Assembly: GCA_963845145.1 (NCBI GenBank)
Contig: CAWJQU010000004.1
Location: 384,001 to 448,000, forward strand
Reading direction: 5' to 3'
DNA length: 64,000 bases
DNA from: an uncultured delta proteobacterium
GTDB taxonomy: Bacteria; Desulfobacterota; Desulfobacteria; Desulfobacterales; QNYZ01
Position numbers and translations under genes: made by a program. Of this stretch, positions 11,134 to 21,500 are shown one piece after another. Numbering within the stretch: position 1 is the stretch's first letter; every line of letters begins with the position of its first letter. The notes below the pieces were generated by a model. That model ran no database searches. It saw nothing but the letters and a program-made list of their open reading frames with translations, and had not been told where the DNA came from.

Positions 11134-12570
11134 TTACACGGCTTTCATGTCGCCTGAGTACAATTTTTGCAGTTTTTCGCGAAGAAGCAGCCTCAATTCT
11201 TTTTCGGCTTTTTCCTTCTTGGTCGCATCGCCGCTTTGGAAGGCCTGGAAGAAAGCCACGCACTTTTTTTGATCACCCATATCCCAGCGGGCGGTGTAGC
11301 CGGTTTTCTCCGGCGACTCTTTCTCGGCCGGGGTGGCGTCGTCGGATTGTTGGCGACCATGGGCCCAGTTGACGATATGTGAATAGAAAATGAGAACGCG
11401 GTCGATCAATATATATAGGAACTGGATATTTTTATTCGGACCGATTTGAATTTGAGAGCCGCCTAATTTGAGACCGGCTACCTTGGTTTGGGCCAGTTGC
11501 CGGCCGCCGCCGAAGGCCGCCCAGCCGGCCCCCACAGCCCCCCCGATGACGGTGAAAAGTCCGAAAGTGAGGCCATGGGCCGCCACATCAATGGCGGCCC
11601 CGATCGTGCCGCCGGTAATCCCGGCGAACGTTGCCAGTTGCGTCCGGGTAAGCCCGAGAAGTTGCCAGGTTTTATCATTGAACAGGTCTTTATGGATAAT
11701 CGATTGGGATGGCAGTTCGTAGTTGAAAATATTGTGCCGATATAGCTGGCGTAAGCGTTGATGGGCGTCGGTTTCAGCTTTTATAATAGCCTGATTATAG
11801 GCGCGCGTCAGTTGTTCTTTGAGCTTAATTTCATCGGATTCGGCGGCATATTTTTTGGTAATGGAAAGTGTTAAACTTTCGGTGAGCAGGTTGATAATGA
11901 TCTCTGCGGTCAAGGCATTGCGATGGGTCCAGTCCTTTTTAAATGCCGATATCACGGTGGCGAGGGGCGCGATCCAGTCCTGGTCGATACCTTTTAGGCT
12001 TTCAAGAAGTGAGATTCTCTCTGCATAGGTCGCCTGGTGGGCATTAAAAACGCGAATGGCATTGAATTGGCGCCGAAAGGCGGTTTTCCACTGGGACAGA
12101 TAGTCGGTGTTGTCATCCTTGCAATTGATGATTGCCATGCGGGGGGTCCCGGTTAAGCGTAACACCTCCATTTCCGCCTGGTCGACACTGCGCAAAGGGC
12201 GTGAACCGTCCACCACGTAAATGACGCCTGCGCCCTGGGCAATAGGGGCCAACAATTCGCAATCCTGGGTCAGGTCGGGGTCATCGGCATGTCTATCGAT
12301 AAACGCCTGAACGATATGATCGTGGCGGTCGAGATGGGTCTTCATCCAGCTTAGCGTTTTGCGGGGGTTTTGAAAGCCGGGTGTGTCGATGAATCGAACA
12401 ATTTCAATGTCATCGATAATAACCGGAAAGGTTTCACAAACCAGTGTTTCCCCGGGCGTGGGGCTGATGCGCACGTGATCATTTTCAGCCAGGGTTGCGA
12501 CCACCGATGATTTACCTTCGTTGGGATGTCCGACGATTGCAAAGGCCGGGGAGCCTTGGGGATTTCTCAT
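11134..12570 (-). CDS. GTPase/DUF3482 domain protein
   Basis: G1 GHPNEGKSS, G3 DTPG, glycine-rich hydrophobic segment; overlaps the upstream DUF2868-like gene. Confidence 0.75.
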   Translation of the reverse strand: MRNPQGSPAFAIVGHPNEGKSSVVATLAENDHVRISPTPGETLVCETFPVIIDDIEIVRFIDTPGFQNPRKTLSWMKTHLDRHDHIVQAFIDRHADDPDLTQDCELLAPIAQGAGVIYVVDGSRPLRSVDQAEMEVLRLTGTPRMAIINCKDDNTDYLSQWKTAFRRQFNAIRVFNAHQATYAERISLLESLKGIDQDWIAPLATVISAFKKDWTHRNALTAEIIINLLTESLTLSITKKYAAESDEIKLKEQLTRAYNQAIIKAETDAHQRLRQLYRHNIFNYELPSQSIIHKDLFNDKTWQLLGLTRTQLATFAGITGGTIGAAIDVAAHGLTFGLFTVIGGAVGAGWAAFGGGRQLAQTKVAGLKLGGSQIQIGPNKNIQFLYILIDRVLIFYSHIVNWAHGRQQSDDATPAEKESPEKTGYTARWDMGDQKKCVAFFQAFQSGDATKKEKAEKELRLLLREKLQKLYSGDMKAV

Positions 12571-14156
12571 AGCCGGAGTTCCTCCAGTCGAAGGTAGGGG
12601 TCACCAAGGGACGCCAGTTGCTTCTGCCAGGTCTGTCGGTTAACCGGTGATACTTCAGTGAAAATTGTCTTCGGTCTTGGTTTGCCGATCAGGCCGATCA
12701 AAATAGGCGTCCGGCGGCCGAGGTGTTGCCGAAGGGATTTGAAAAACGCCATGTCCTCGATGATAGGCGGCTGCCAGGCCTCCTGAATAAGGAGAAGGTG
12801 GGTCCAATGATTATTTTTCTCGTTGCCGGCGAACAATTTATCGGGTGACAGGGGACCATCGGTGTCGGCATGGTTGATTCGAATCTTCGTCTTGATTTGA
12901 CCGCCCAATTGTTTTTCAATGACAGCCTTTAAATCGACCGTTTTACATGCATCGAAGACATCATCGGGAATGAGTACGGCATATTGTTTTTGCGTCTGTG
13001 TATCGAGTATTTCAGGGGCCGTTTCCTGGGGAGCCATGGCGTCCGGCGGCCGTGGTGGGGATTTACGCGAAGGTTCAAACCGGACACGGGGCAGCGTGAG
13101 CCGATCGATCAGTTGATCGCAGGCCGCCTGGGTAAAAGGGATCCGGTTCAGCAGATGGCGCTCGGTTAGTATACCCATTATAAGCAGGACGATGCGTGGG
13201 AGTAGCGCGTAAATGAGTACGGCGAAACATAAAAAAGGCCACCAGGCGACCAGATCGGGTGTGGCCAGTGAGTAGATGCCGTCCTTTAAAATCAGGCGGC
13301 TTCCCTCAATTTGGGCCAGGGTCGGATGGGCGAGATCCGCAGAAACAATCCATGACCAGGGGCTAGCCATCCATTTGACGAGGGCGTGGACTGCCGAGGC
13401 GCTGACTTGAACGGTTGACTGCCACCCGAAGGCCATGTCGGTGCCGGCGACCCGCAATAGTGTGGTGCCGAGTATTCCCAGATTTAATCCGATGCCAAAA
13501 AGCTGCATGGCATTAAAAAAAGGCCAATAGAACAACGTTCCGTAAATCTGTTTTTTCCCCCGCACCAAGCCCAAGGCGGCCGCCAAGCCCTGGCGCCTGG
13601 TACCGGACAGCGATTTCATGACGCCTCTTTTTAGCTTTTCGGTCATGAGAGAGGCTATACGGCTTAAAATCGAGTAAACCACAGAGGTGTAAAATAACCG
13701 TGGTCGAACCAGGCGGATAAGAAAAAGTCCGCCTAACAGCAATAGCAAAAGGATTTGAACGAGAACGGCGACACCGACATAAACGGAAACGTTCAGGGGG
13801 GCTCTCCCCGTATAGGTCAGTAACGAAAAGGCCAGGCCGATTCCGAATAACCCTCCCAGAATGAAAAGACCGTATTGTAAAAGGCGAAACATTTCGGCCA
13901 TCGTCTCGCCGGGTTGGGGCATGGTCGCATCGCTGACGGCCTTATCTAATCTACGGCGCTGATCCAGCCAGGATTTGATGACCCTGCGGGTGGGAAAGGG
14001 GGTTGTTTGGGTGAGGTTGGGGTGAATATGGGTTAAATAAATGCGCCGGTCCCGATCGCCAACATTCGCCGCCGGGTCTTGGTTGGAGCGGTCTGCGTCG
14101 ACACTCAGATAGTACTCCAGATCGATTAAGTCCTTAATATGCCATTTTGTTTTCAT
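12567..14156 (-). CDS. DUF2868 family membrane protein
   Basis: Several TM helices, AFGWQST, WWPFL...YALLPR, EAWQPP; coupled to the DUF3482 GTPase. Confidence 0.7.
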   Translation of the reverse strand: MKTKWHIKDLIDLEYYLSVDADRSNQDPAANVGDRDRRIYLTHIHPNLTQTTPFPTRRVIKSWLDQRRRLDKAVSDATMPQPGETMAEMFRLLQYGLFILGGLFGIGLAFSLLTYTGRAPLNVSVYVGVAVLVQILLLLLLGGLFLIRLVRPRLFYTSVVYSILSRIASLMTEKLKRGVMKSLSGTRRQGLAAALGLVRGKKQIYGTLFYWPFFNAMQLFGIGLNLGILGTTLLRVAGTDMAFGWQSTVQVSASAVHALVKWMASPWSWIVSADLAHPTLAQIEGSRLILKDGIYSLATPDLVAWWPFLCFAVLIYALLPRIVLLIMGILTERHLLNRIPFTQAACDQLIDRLTLPRVRFEPSRKSPPRPPDAMAPQETAPEILDTQTQKQYAVLIPDDVFDACKTVDLKAVIEKQLGGQIKTKIRINHADTDGPLSPDKLFAGNEKNNHWTHLLLIQEAWQPPIIEDMAFFKSLRQHLGRRTPILIGLIGKPRPKTIFTEVSPVNRQTWQKQLASLGDPYLRLEELRL

Positions 14157-14305
14157 CGACCACTAAAACGCTATTCGTTTCCATTTTCAAGGGAAGCCCA
14201 ATCCGGTCAAACATCCTCGGCCCAGCACCACCGGCCCCGCATCACCGATCCCGCATCACCAATCCCGTATCTCCGTAGGGTATGGTTGGCATCCGGCCTT
14301 GCTTG

Positions 14306-14983
14306 TCAACCATCTGTTTCAAATGCCATGGTCACGCGATTTACCAATCCCCAAATGGCATCGGCCGGAAAGGTATTTTCAATGGATCGATCAAACAAGA
14401 CCTTGACCCTCGGTCCGAACTCATCGTCGCCTTGCCACAAGAGATAGTATAGCGGTACGCGCGGGAACGGCAGCAGCCGGTATGCAGCATCGGCCATATC
14501 AACAGGGTGGCCGTTCAGCGCTTCGGCCGTACGTTTAAAACCTTTCAAATCTTTGCCGTAACGGCTGCATATCGATTGTACCCGAAGTTCGTGTGGGCCC
14601 ATAAAAAAGTGGCCCTCTTTTAGGTCCCTCACCCCCACGATGTCCTGGCCCATGGGATAGACACCACGGATATTGTTTAGATAGACTGTGGTGGCCAGTG
14701 TCAGCAGGGGATCGTCGATCTCGACCCAGTGATGATTGACCTTTTCGAGCAGAACCTGTTTCGATAAGTCGATACATTTTAACGTGGTTAAAAATTGAAA
14801 CTGAAGCCGATCCTGATCGTTGGCCATTGTTTCAAAAAAGGTCATATTAACCAAAGCGGTTCGATCCCTTTTTCGAATCGAATCCCAAAATCGATCCGCA
14901 ATCGCCAGCTGGGAACCATCATCTGACTCATAGGCGTCAGATTCATAGACGTCGGATTTATCGGTTTTCGTTTTTTCAGCCAC
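14306..14983 (-). CDS. DUF3786 domain protein
   Basis: LKEGHFF, ADAAYRLLPFPRVP, WQGDDEF...LFDRS. Confidence 0.75.
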   Translation of the reverse strand: MAEKTKTDKSDVYESDAYESDDGSQLAIADRFWDSIRKRDRTALVNMTFFETMANDQDRLQFQFLTTLKCIDLSKQVLLEKVNHHWVEIDDPLLTLATTVYLNNIRGVYPMGQDIVGVRDLKEGHFFMGPHELRVQSICSRYGKDLKGFKRTAEALNGHPVDMADAAYRLLPFPRVPLYYLLWQGDDEFGPRVKVLFDRSIENTFPADAIWGLVNRVTMAFETDG

Positions 14984-15162
14984 AGGGGTTCCTCTTTGGC
15001 AATAGACAATGATATCTTGACACCCGTAGGGGTTTCGGTCAAACTATTTCGACTTCAGAGGGAATATGTCATCGACTAACGGCGCGTTAATAATAACGCT
15101 TATGGCTGAATACAACCGGAGTTTTGTTTTACCAATCCGAATTATTTAAAAAAAACAACTAG

Positions 15163-16536
15163 GTGGCTTCCATGAAACCAATATGTATTTTAGTGCTATG
15201 TTTTTCATTAATGGCTTGTGTATCATCAGGGGATGATGACGATGACAGCTTTGACACACCCGACGGCAATCGGGCGATTTTATGGACACGTAATAACCCG
15301 GTTTTTTTAAGCGGCACCAATGTTTCTATGGGCGCACCCCCGGCTGGATTCGTCAATACCTACTATGATCAATTCCGTGCGACGGCCGTGCATGTCTGGG
15401 CCGATGGGTTGCCCGGAGAGGTGGACGGATGGGCCGCGGCGCGACCGGGAGGTTTTCGGTTTGTCTCCTGGGTGAACAGTGATGGTACCAGTTCCGCTAA
15501 TGGCCGCGTAATCGGGGGTAAGCCGGCCAATACACCGGGGCGTATCGGCTATCAAATCGGCGATGAACCGGAACGAAATTGCGATACGCTCGCCTGCGCC
15601 GTAAACAACCTCAACCAATTTACCGTTGGGATTAATGCCGTGCGTGCGGCCGATCCCGGTGCGCTGACCATCGTTAATTTTAAAAGAGGCGATTTGCTGG
15701 AAGGTGCGTTGGATCACTATGCCCGTCAGATGGATGGCGATATCATCAGCTATAGCCACTATAGTTACCGAAGGGCTGCCTATAAGGGATTGGAGGCTGT
15801 CCGCCGATATGGGCGAACTTTCAGCATGCCCTATTGGTGTTATCTGAAATCCTACAATAGCCCCGGTAGTTCCGACGGAAAAACAGCATCAGATATGCGT
15901 TGGAATGCCTACTCGGCGGCTTTATACGGGTTTACCGGGTTTTCCTGGTTTGTCTACCAGATCAACGCCGGCAATGAGGTGGTGTCCGATCTTCATCGGT
16001 CGCCTGGTGATTTCGGTTCCGGGCGTACCGGATTGTGGGGCGAAGCCGCACGCATCAATGTGGGCTTGCAGCATTTGGGCCGCTATATCAGTAAGTTGAA
16101 CAGTACGGCGGTTCGCTTTATCCCGGCCAAAAGTTTTTTGCAGCCTGAAGGGACCACCGATTGGTATCAGGGGTCCGGCGATGACCCCTATATTACCGAT
16201 ATCGGCCCGGCCGATGCCGGTGATTTAATGGAAATTTCGGTGGGGTTTTTCCAAAACGATGGGGGCAGGCTATTTTTCATGCTCCAGAACGTGGCGCACA
16301 CCCACTGGGTTTCCAGCGATGTCGTGGATCTGGTCAATCGGGCTACCATTCGCGTTAGCTTCGATTTTGCCGAAGCGCCGGCGACGACCAGCAGTGCGCA
16401 GATCTTCGCCCTCAACAAGGGTAACGGGCAAAAACAAGCCTTACCGCTCACGCAAATGGAGGGCGATCAAAGATACCTGGATGTTACCCTTGATCCGGGC
16501 GATGTTATATTGCTTTGGTATGATACTGACAGCTAA
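15163..16536 (+). CDS. Hypothetical lipoprotein, possibly a glycoside-hydrolase-like TIM barrel
   Basis: Lipobox LMAC; GYQIGDEP motif and ALYGFTGFSWFVY segment. Confidence 0.5.
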   Translation: MASMKPICILVLCFSLMACVSSGDDDDDSFDTPDGNRAILWTRNNPVFLSGTNVSMGAPPAGFVNTYYDQFRATAVHVWADGLPGEVDGWAAARPGGFRFVSWVNSDGTSSANGRVIGGKPANTPGRIGYQIGDEPERNCDTLACAVNNLNQFTVGINAVRAADPGALTIVNFKRGDLLEGALDHYARQMDGDIISYSHYSYRRAAYKGLEAVRRYGRTFSMPYWCYLKSYNSPGSSDGKTASDMRWNAYSAALYGFTGFSWFVYQINAGNEVVSDLHRSPGDFGSGRTGLWGEAARINVGLQHLGRYISKLNSTAVRFIPAKSFLQPEGTTDWYQGSGDDPYITDIGPADAGDLMEISVGFFQNDGGRLFFMLQNVAHTHWVSSDVVDLVNRATIRVSFDFAEAPATTSSAQIFALNKGNGQKQALPLTQMEGDQRYLDVTLDPGDVILLWYDTDS

Positions 16537-16672
16537 GCTGAATCACGCCATTCATTTTTAAAGATTCATTAGAAAAGCCAGTTTCAAAACGTTTCAGCTT
16601 GTTCAAAGTCAAGACAAACTGGGACGTTTTGAAATGGGTTGAGGATAAAACAGGCCGATCCGGCCTGTACCT

Positions 16673-16885
16673 TTATACCCCTCAGGAGCCCCCATACCCT
16701 ATTTGGACTTCACCCTTATCGACAATTACCGGTACGTTTCGTTCTCCTTTTGAGAGCTTTAGCATTTCATCCAGATTTGCCGCATCGGCTTTTACATCTA
16801 CATACCGATGTCCCCTGTAGGCCTCCCTGGCCCTCGTGGTATAAGGTCAACCGGCTTTCCCGTAGATAATAACTTCCTCTGTCAT
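16673..16885 (-). CDS. Glutaredoxin-like double selenoprotein, UXX-star type (U13, U68); absent from ORF track
   Basis: Manual translation MTEEVIIYGKAG-U-PYTTRAREAY...RNVPVIVDKGEVQIGYGGS-U-GV*; RBS AGGAG; UPYT at the Grx CPYC site; cis-Pro VP motif; hairpins after both UGAs. Confidence 0.88.
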
Positions 16886-16995
16886 GGTATCTCCTTTCGT
16901 CGGAAAGTGATGGTTTTACCTCAAAGATCCTGCCGATTATAACACATTTGCTACAGTTGAGCTAAGATGAATCGGGCCACGTTAAAATTTCCTGG

Positions 16996-18246
16996 CTAAC
17001 GTTTTTTTGACTTTTTTTGTTTCCTTTTCCTTTTTTGCTGCTGCCAGGCTTCATGCTCTCGGATGAGGTTTATCGCGCTGTTGCTCTTCGAAGTAGCGTT
17101 GATCGTAAAGGTGTAGTCTTTCTTGCCTACTTTCAATACTTCGATCTCTTTATTTAAAAACCCCTGAATCTCCCCAAGGCGCGGTTTTTCTTCATTGCTG
17201 CAAAACGAGATGGCAATGCCTTCATTAACGCCTCGGCCAGTCCTGCCCACCCGGTGCACATAATTCTCGGCTTGATCTGGTAAATCGTAATTTAAAACAT
17301 GGCTAACATTGGGAACATCAATACCGCGGGCGCTGATGTCTGTGGCAATCAGGATGTTGTATTCGCCGGCCTTGAACTTCTCCATCACACCGGTCCTCTC
17401 GGCCTGGTCCTTCTCCCCGTGGATAGTCTCTGAGTGTATCCCCACCCTCGCCATTGCTTTTGCTACTCTTTCCGCCCGAACCCTTGTCCTGACAAACACA
17501 ATGACCCTGCTGTCTCGGTTTTCTTTGATAAATCTTTCCAGGAAAAACCGTTTGTCATCCATCTCAACAAACATCACATAGTGGGAGATCTTCTTTGAAA
17601 CCTTATCTTCCGGAGATATCTGGATGCGCATGGCCGTGGCTTTTACCTGGGAGAAAGCCAGCTTTTTAATCTCCGGGTTGATGGTTGCAGAGAAGAAAAG
17701 GGTTTGATGCTTCCTGACGAGCATTTTTTTTACGTATCGAATATCACCGATAAATCCAAGGTCTAACATGTGATCGGCTTCATCAAGAACAAGTGTTTCG
17801 ACCCGTCCCAGGTTGATATGACCCTGGCTGATCAAATCAAACATGCGTCCCGGAGTGGCTACAAGGATATCGATGCCGCTTTGGAGCCTTTTAATCTGTG
17901 TATCCTGCTCGACCCCGCCATAAAGGGCGAAGGCTTTCACCCGGGTATTTTTTGAAAGCGCTGTAAACACTTCGCCGATCTGCAACGCCAGTTCCCGCGT
18001 GGGAACCATGACAATGCACTTGATCCCCAGATGGCGCTTCGAACTTTTATGGCGGTGGATCAGGTCAATGATAGGGATTGCAAATGCGGCTGTTTTGCCC
18101 GTTCCCGTCTGCGCAATAGCAAGGACGTCTTCCCCCTTCATGATGGACGGAATGGATTTGAATTGAATATCCGTGGGCCTTTTGAAACCGAGCAATGACA
18201 GATTATTTTTAATTTCGTATGAAATGTTGTATCGTTCAAACTTCAT
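16996..18246 (-). CDS. DEAD-box ATP-dependent RNA helicase
   Basis: AQTGTGKT, PTRELA, TPGR, DEAD, SAT, ARGID, HRVGRTGR. Confidence 0.95.
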   Translation of the reverse strand: MKFERYNISYEIKNNLSLLGFKRPTDIQFKSIPSIMKGEDVLAIAQTGTGKTAAFAIPIIDLIHRHKSSKRHLGIKCIVMVPTRELALQIGEVFTALSKNTRVKAFALYGGVEQDTQIKRLQSGIDILVATPGRMFDLISQGHINLGRVETLVLDEADHMLDLGFIGDIRYVKKMLVRKHQTLFFSATINPEIKKLAFSQVKATAMRIQISPEDKVSKKISHYVMFVEMDDKRFFLERFIKENRDSRVIVFVRTRVRAERVAKAMARVGIHSETIHGEKDQAERTGVMEKFKAGEYNILIATDISARGIDVPNVSHVLNYDLPDQAENYVHRVGRTGRGVNEGIAISFCSNEEKPRLGEIQGFLNKEIEVLKVGKKDYTFTINATSKSNSAINLIREHEAWQQQKRKRKQKKSKKR

Positions 18247-18401
18247 AGGACCTCAATATATTTTAGCATTTCTGTATTCCATTAAAAATGAGAGGATACC
18301 ATGAATACCCTTATATGTCGTAACCGTCAAATTAGCTCACTACCAGCCAGGCGCAATAATTTGGGGTAAAAGGGCAAATATTAAAACCATTAAGGCAAAA
18401 T

Positions 18402-19565
18402 ATGAAACACATCACAAAAGATCCGATGTACCGGTTCCTTATCCTGATGACCATTTGTTCCACCCTGGGCCTACAGGTGTGGCGCACCCTTTTCAACAAT
18501 TTTGCGGTGGAGATCGCCCAGCTTGACGGCAGCCATATCGGCATCATTCAGTCTGTCAGGGAAATTCCAGGATTTCTCGCCCTTCTGGTGGTCTATTGTC
18601 TGCTGATAATTAAAGAGCACCGGTTGTCTGCACTATCTGTACTGGTTCTTGGGCTCGGCGTGGGCCTTACCGGATTGTTTCCAACATTTGCCGGGTTGAC
18701 GGCAACCACTCTGATAATGAGTTTCGGTTTTCATTATTACGAAACCACCAACCAGTCCCTGACACTGCAGTATTTTGATAAAAATACATCTCCCTGGGTG
18801 TTCGGAAAGCAGCGTAGTATCGCCGCGGCATCCAGTATCGGCGTTGGGCTCGTCATATATCTATGTGCCACAAGTTTATCATATAAAAATATCTATTTGA
18901 TTTTTGGACTGATACTTGCCGCTGCGGGTATCTGGGGCCTAACACAAAATCCAACACGCGCAAATCTGGCGCCCCAGCGGAAACAGATGATTTTTCGCAG
19001 AAAGTACTGGCTTTTCTATTTTCTCACATTTATGGCTGGGGCAAGACGGCAGATATTCATCGCCTTTGCCGTATTTCTCATGGTGAAGAAGTTTGAGTAT
19101 TCGGTTCAGGAAATTACCCTATTGTTCGTGGTCAATAATGCCATAAACTATTTTTTGAGCCCGGTTATCGGCAAAGCAATTATCCGGTTTGGTGAACGCA
19201 AAGTATTGTCCGTGGAGTATTTTAGCCTGTTCTTTGTGTTTATCGCTTATGCGTTGGTTCAGTCCAAAATGGTCGTGGCGGCTCTCTATATATTGGACCA
19301 TATTTTTTTCAATTTCGCCATCGCCATCAGAACCTATTTTCAAAAGGTGGGAGACCCAAGGGATATCGCACCGAGTATGGCTTTCGGATTTACCATTAAC
19401 CATATTGCTGCTGTGGCCTTGCCTGCCGTTGGCGGGATGTTGTGGATGCTGGATTACCGCATCCCCTTCATCGCAGGGGCTGTTATGAGTTTGATATCCC
19501 TGGCGGCTGTCCAGAAGATACCTTATTCTAAACCCCAATATCACGTAAAAAATGGGTCCATATAA
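18402..19565 (+). CDS. MFS transporter
   Basis: About 12 hydrophobic helices in 387 aa; SVREIPGFL motif. Confidence 0.8.
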   Translation: MKHITKDPMYRFLILMTICSTLGLQVWRTLFNNFAVEIAQLDGSHIGIIQSVREIPGFLALLVVYCLLIIKEHRLSALSVLVLGLGVGLTGLFPTFAGLTATTLIMSFGFHYYETTNQSLTLQYFDKNTSPWVFGKQRSIAAASSIGVGLVIYLCATSLSYKNIYLIFGLILAAAGIWGLTQNPTRANLAPQRKQMIFRRKYWLFYFLTFMAGARRQIFIAFAVFLMVKKFEYSVQEITLLFVVNNAINYFLSPVIGKAIIRFGERKVLSVEYFSLFFVFIAYALVQSKMVVAALYILDHIFFNFAIAIRTYFQKVGDPRDIAPSMAFGFTINHIAAVALPAVGGMLWMLDYRIPFIAGAVMSLISLAAVQKIPYSKPQYHVKNGSI

Positions 19566-19780
19566 ACGATCATTCTGCTTTGTTGGTGTGGCCATCCTTC
19601 ACGATTCTCTGGTCGCCATCTCGTTAACCCAGATAAGCAAGAACGTCTCACAAACTTTTACGGTTTTTTTAAATTTGACTTATGATGTATCGTAAATTAA
19701 CATTTTTAGTAAATGGCTGGGAGAAAACTTACTAATTTTGGAATTAGCTCTAAATACCATCTTTTTTATTGGAAGGTGTC

Positions 19781-20281
19781 ATGGGTTTTCGAAAAAAACT
19801 GATCTGTCGCTACATCACCATGGCTATTGCCTTACTTTACGTAGTTGTACCTTCTTGTATATCTGCGATAACTAAAAAAGTTCCTGCTGAGGTGAATTCG
19901 TTTAAGGAGGGTGCAGGTGAGAGCATGAGGGTTTTATGGACCATATCCGCATATTATCTGGGGCCGAATGCCCAGTGGGAAGATTCGCAAGCACAAGCAT
20001 TTCTTTTTAAACCACTGGATATTGGCTCATCGGAGATTGTCTTTGACGGTAAATCATGCCGTGATGTCCGATTTGAAGCCGAAACGGTTGACGCAAAATC
20101 CTATTTTACCCAGCGCTATGGAATTTCACCGCGAAAGCTCGGTATCGAGGATGGGACAATACGGGTTATTAAAACCAACTGTCGGCTTGACGGCTTTGCG
20201 GAATACATAAGACTGGGGGATCGACGATTGATCGCGGTGATAAATGGTGTTTTCTTTTTCTTTGCGCCAAATGTCAATTAG
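19781..20281 (+). CDS. Hypothetical exported protein
   Basis: ORF with N-terminal hydrophobic segment; no recognised motif. Confidence 0.5.
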   Translation: MGFRKKLICRYITMAIALLYVVVPSCISAITKKVPAEVNSFKEGAGESMRVLWTISAYYLGPNAQWEDSQAQAFLFKPLDIGSSEIVFDGKSCRDVRFEAETVDAKSYFTQRYGISPRKLGIEDGTIRVIKTNCRLDGFAEYIRLGDRRLIAVINGVFFFFAPNVN

Positions 20282-20304
20282 TCGCAGAAAGAGGCGGTGG
20301 AAGA

Positions 20305-21438
20305 ATGGATAGACGAAAGGCGATGACCTGCGGGCGGGTCATTTTTTTGTTTTTTACGGTATTCGCACTTCAAATATCCGCAACAGCGGATGAGCTAACT
20401 TTGCCGGCACCCTTGTCGCCCCGACTTTCTGTTGATGGGGGGACGTTGATCAACGGCATACCACTGAAAGCCGTTATTTTTGACCCGCAGCCGTCGGGCT
20501 TGAGACGGATTCGTCCGCCCGATAAATTGACTGCTCCACCGAGTGCCGCTGCTGCTACTTTTTCAATCACTTATGCGCCGAGCGGCGGTAGCGATCTGTG
20601 GGGGGAAACCTGCTACACCTTCCCAACGACGGCAAAAAACGCTTTCAACGCCGCTGCCAATATCTGGAAAGAGATTCTAAACTCGCAGGTTCCTATCACT
20701 ATCAAGGCGTGCTGGGCTGATTTGGGTTCCTCTTCAATATTGGGATACTCTGGTGGCGGGCCTTTGCACCGTGATTTTAGTGGCGCCACTCGCACCAACA
20801 CATGGTATAGCGGTTCGCTCGCCAATGCCCTGCATGGGGCCGATCTCTATTCGGGTGTTTTTGACATGCACATCACTTATAATCGCAACTTCAATTGGTA
20901 TTACGGTACGGATGGTAATCCATCCACAAGTCAGATGGACTTGATGACGGTTGTATTGCACGAAATTTGTCATGGCTTGAATTTTTCCGGGTCCATGCAA
21001 TACGCAAATGGTTCCGGCTCGTGGGGCTATAATACCGGCTATCCGAATATCTATGATGTCTATATGCGGGATGGCACGGGAAGATCGCTTATCAATACGG
21101 CTATTTATCCCAATAATTCGGCCACTCTCGGTGCAGTATTGATATCGGGAAACCTCTGGTTTCATGGCTCGCGGGCAATGGCGGCCAACGGTGGCCAACG
21201 CGTCAAAATGTATGCCCCTTCTTCCTGGAATCCGGGGTCGAGTTATTCCCATCTAGACTACGCTGTCTTTAATAATACGCCCAACCAACTGATGGTTTTC
21301 GCTGTCAGTGCCGGTGAATCCATCCACAACCCTGGCAGCATTACGAAAGGTTTGTTAAACGATTTGGGCTGGATAGCTGTATCATCGGGAGGTTCGACAT
21401 CTCTACCGTTTTTACCTTTGCTCCTGCTTAACCCTTAG
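20305..21438 (+). CDS. Secreted zinc metallopeptidase-like protein
   Basis: Signal peptide, VVLHEICHGLNF (HExxH), GSSYSHLD, hydrophobic C-terminal tail LPFLPLLLLNP. Confidence 0.7.
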   Translation: MDRRKAMTCGRVIFLFFTVFALQISATADELTLPAPLSPRLSVDGGTLINGIPLKAVIFDPQPSGLRRIRPPDKLTAPPSAAAATFSITYAPSGGSDLWGETCYTFPTTAKNAFNAAANIWKEILNSQVPITIKACWADLGSSSILGYSGGGPLHRDFSGATRTNTWYSGSLANALHGADLYSGVFDMHITYNRNFNWYYGTDGNPSTSQMDLMTVVLHEICHGLNFSGSMQYANGSGSWGYNTGYPNIYDVYMRDGTGRSLINTAIYPNNSATLGAVLISGNLWFHGSRAMAANGGQRVKMYAPSSWNPGSSYSHLDYAVFNNTPNQLMVFAVSAGESIHNPGSITKGLLNDLGWIAVSSGGSTSLPFLPLLLLNP

Positions 21439-21500
21439 GAACCTGCAAGTAACACGGATAATATTGTGACTTAATATTGTGAATTTGGGGGGGGACCGAT

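Noticed and set aside
14236..14322. Short 14-bp tandem repeat and a GTAG-led hairpin as a possible CRISPR array
   Set aside because: Only about 2.5 units, no spacers and no cas genes; simple repeat or REP-like
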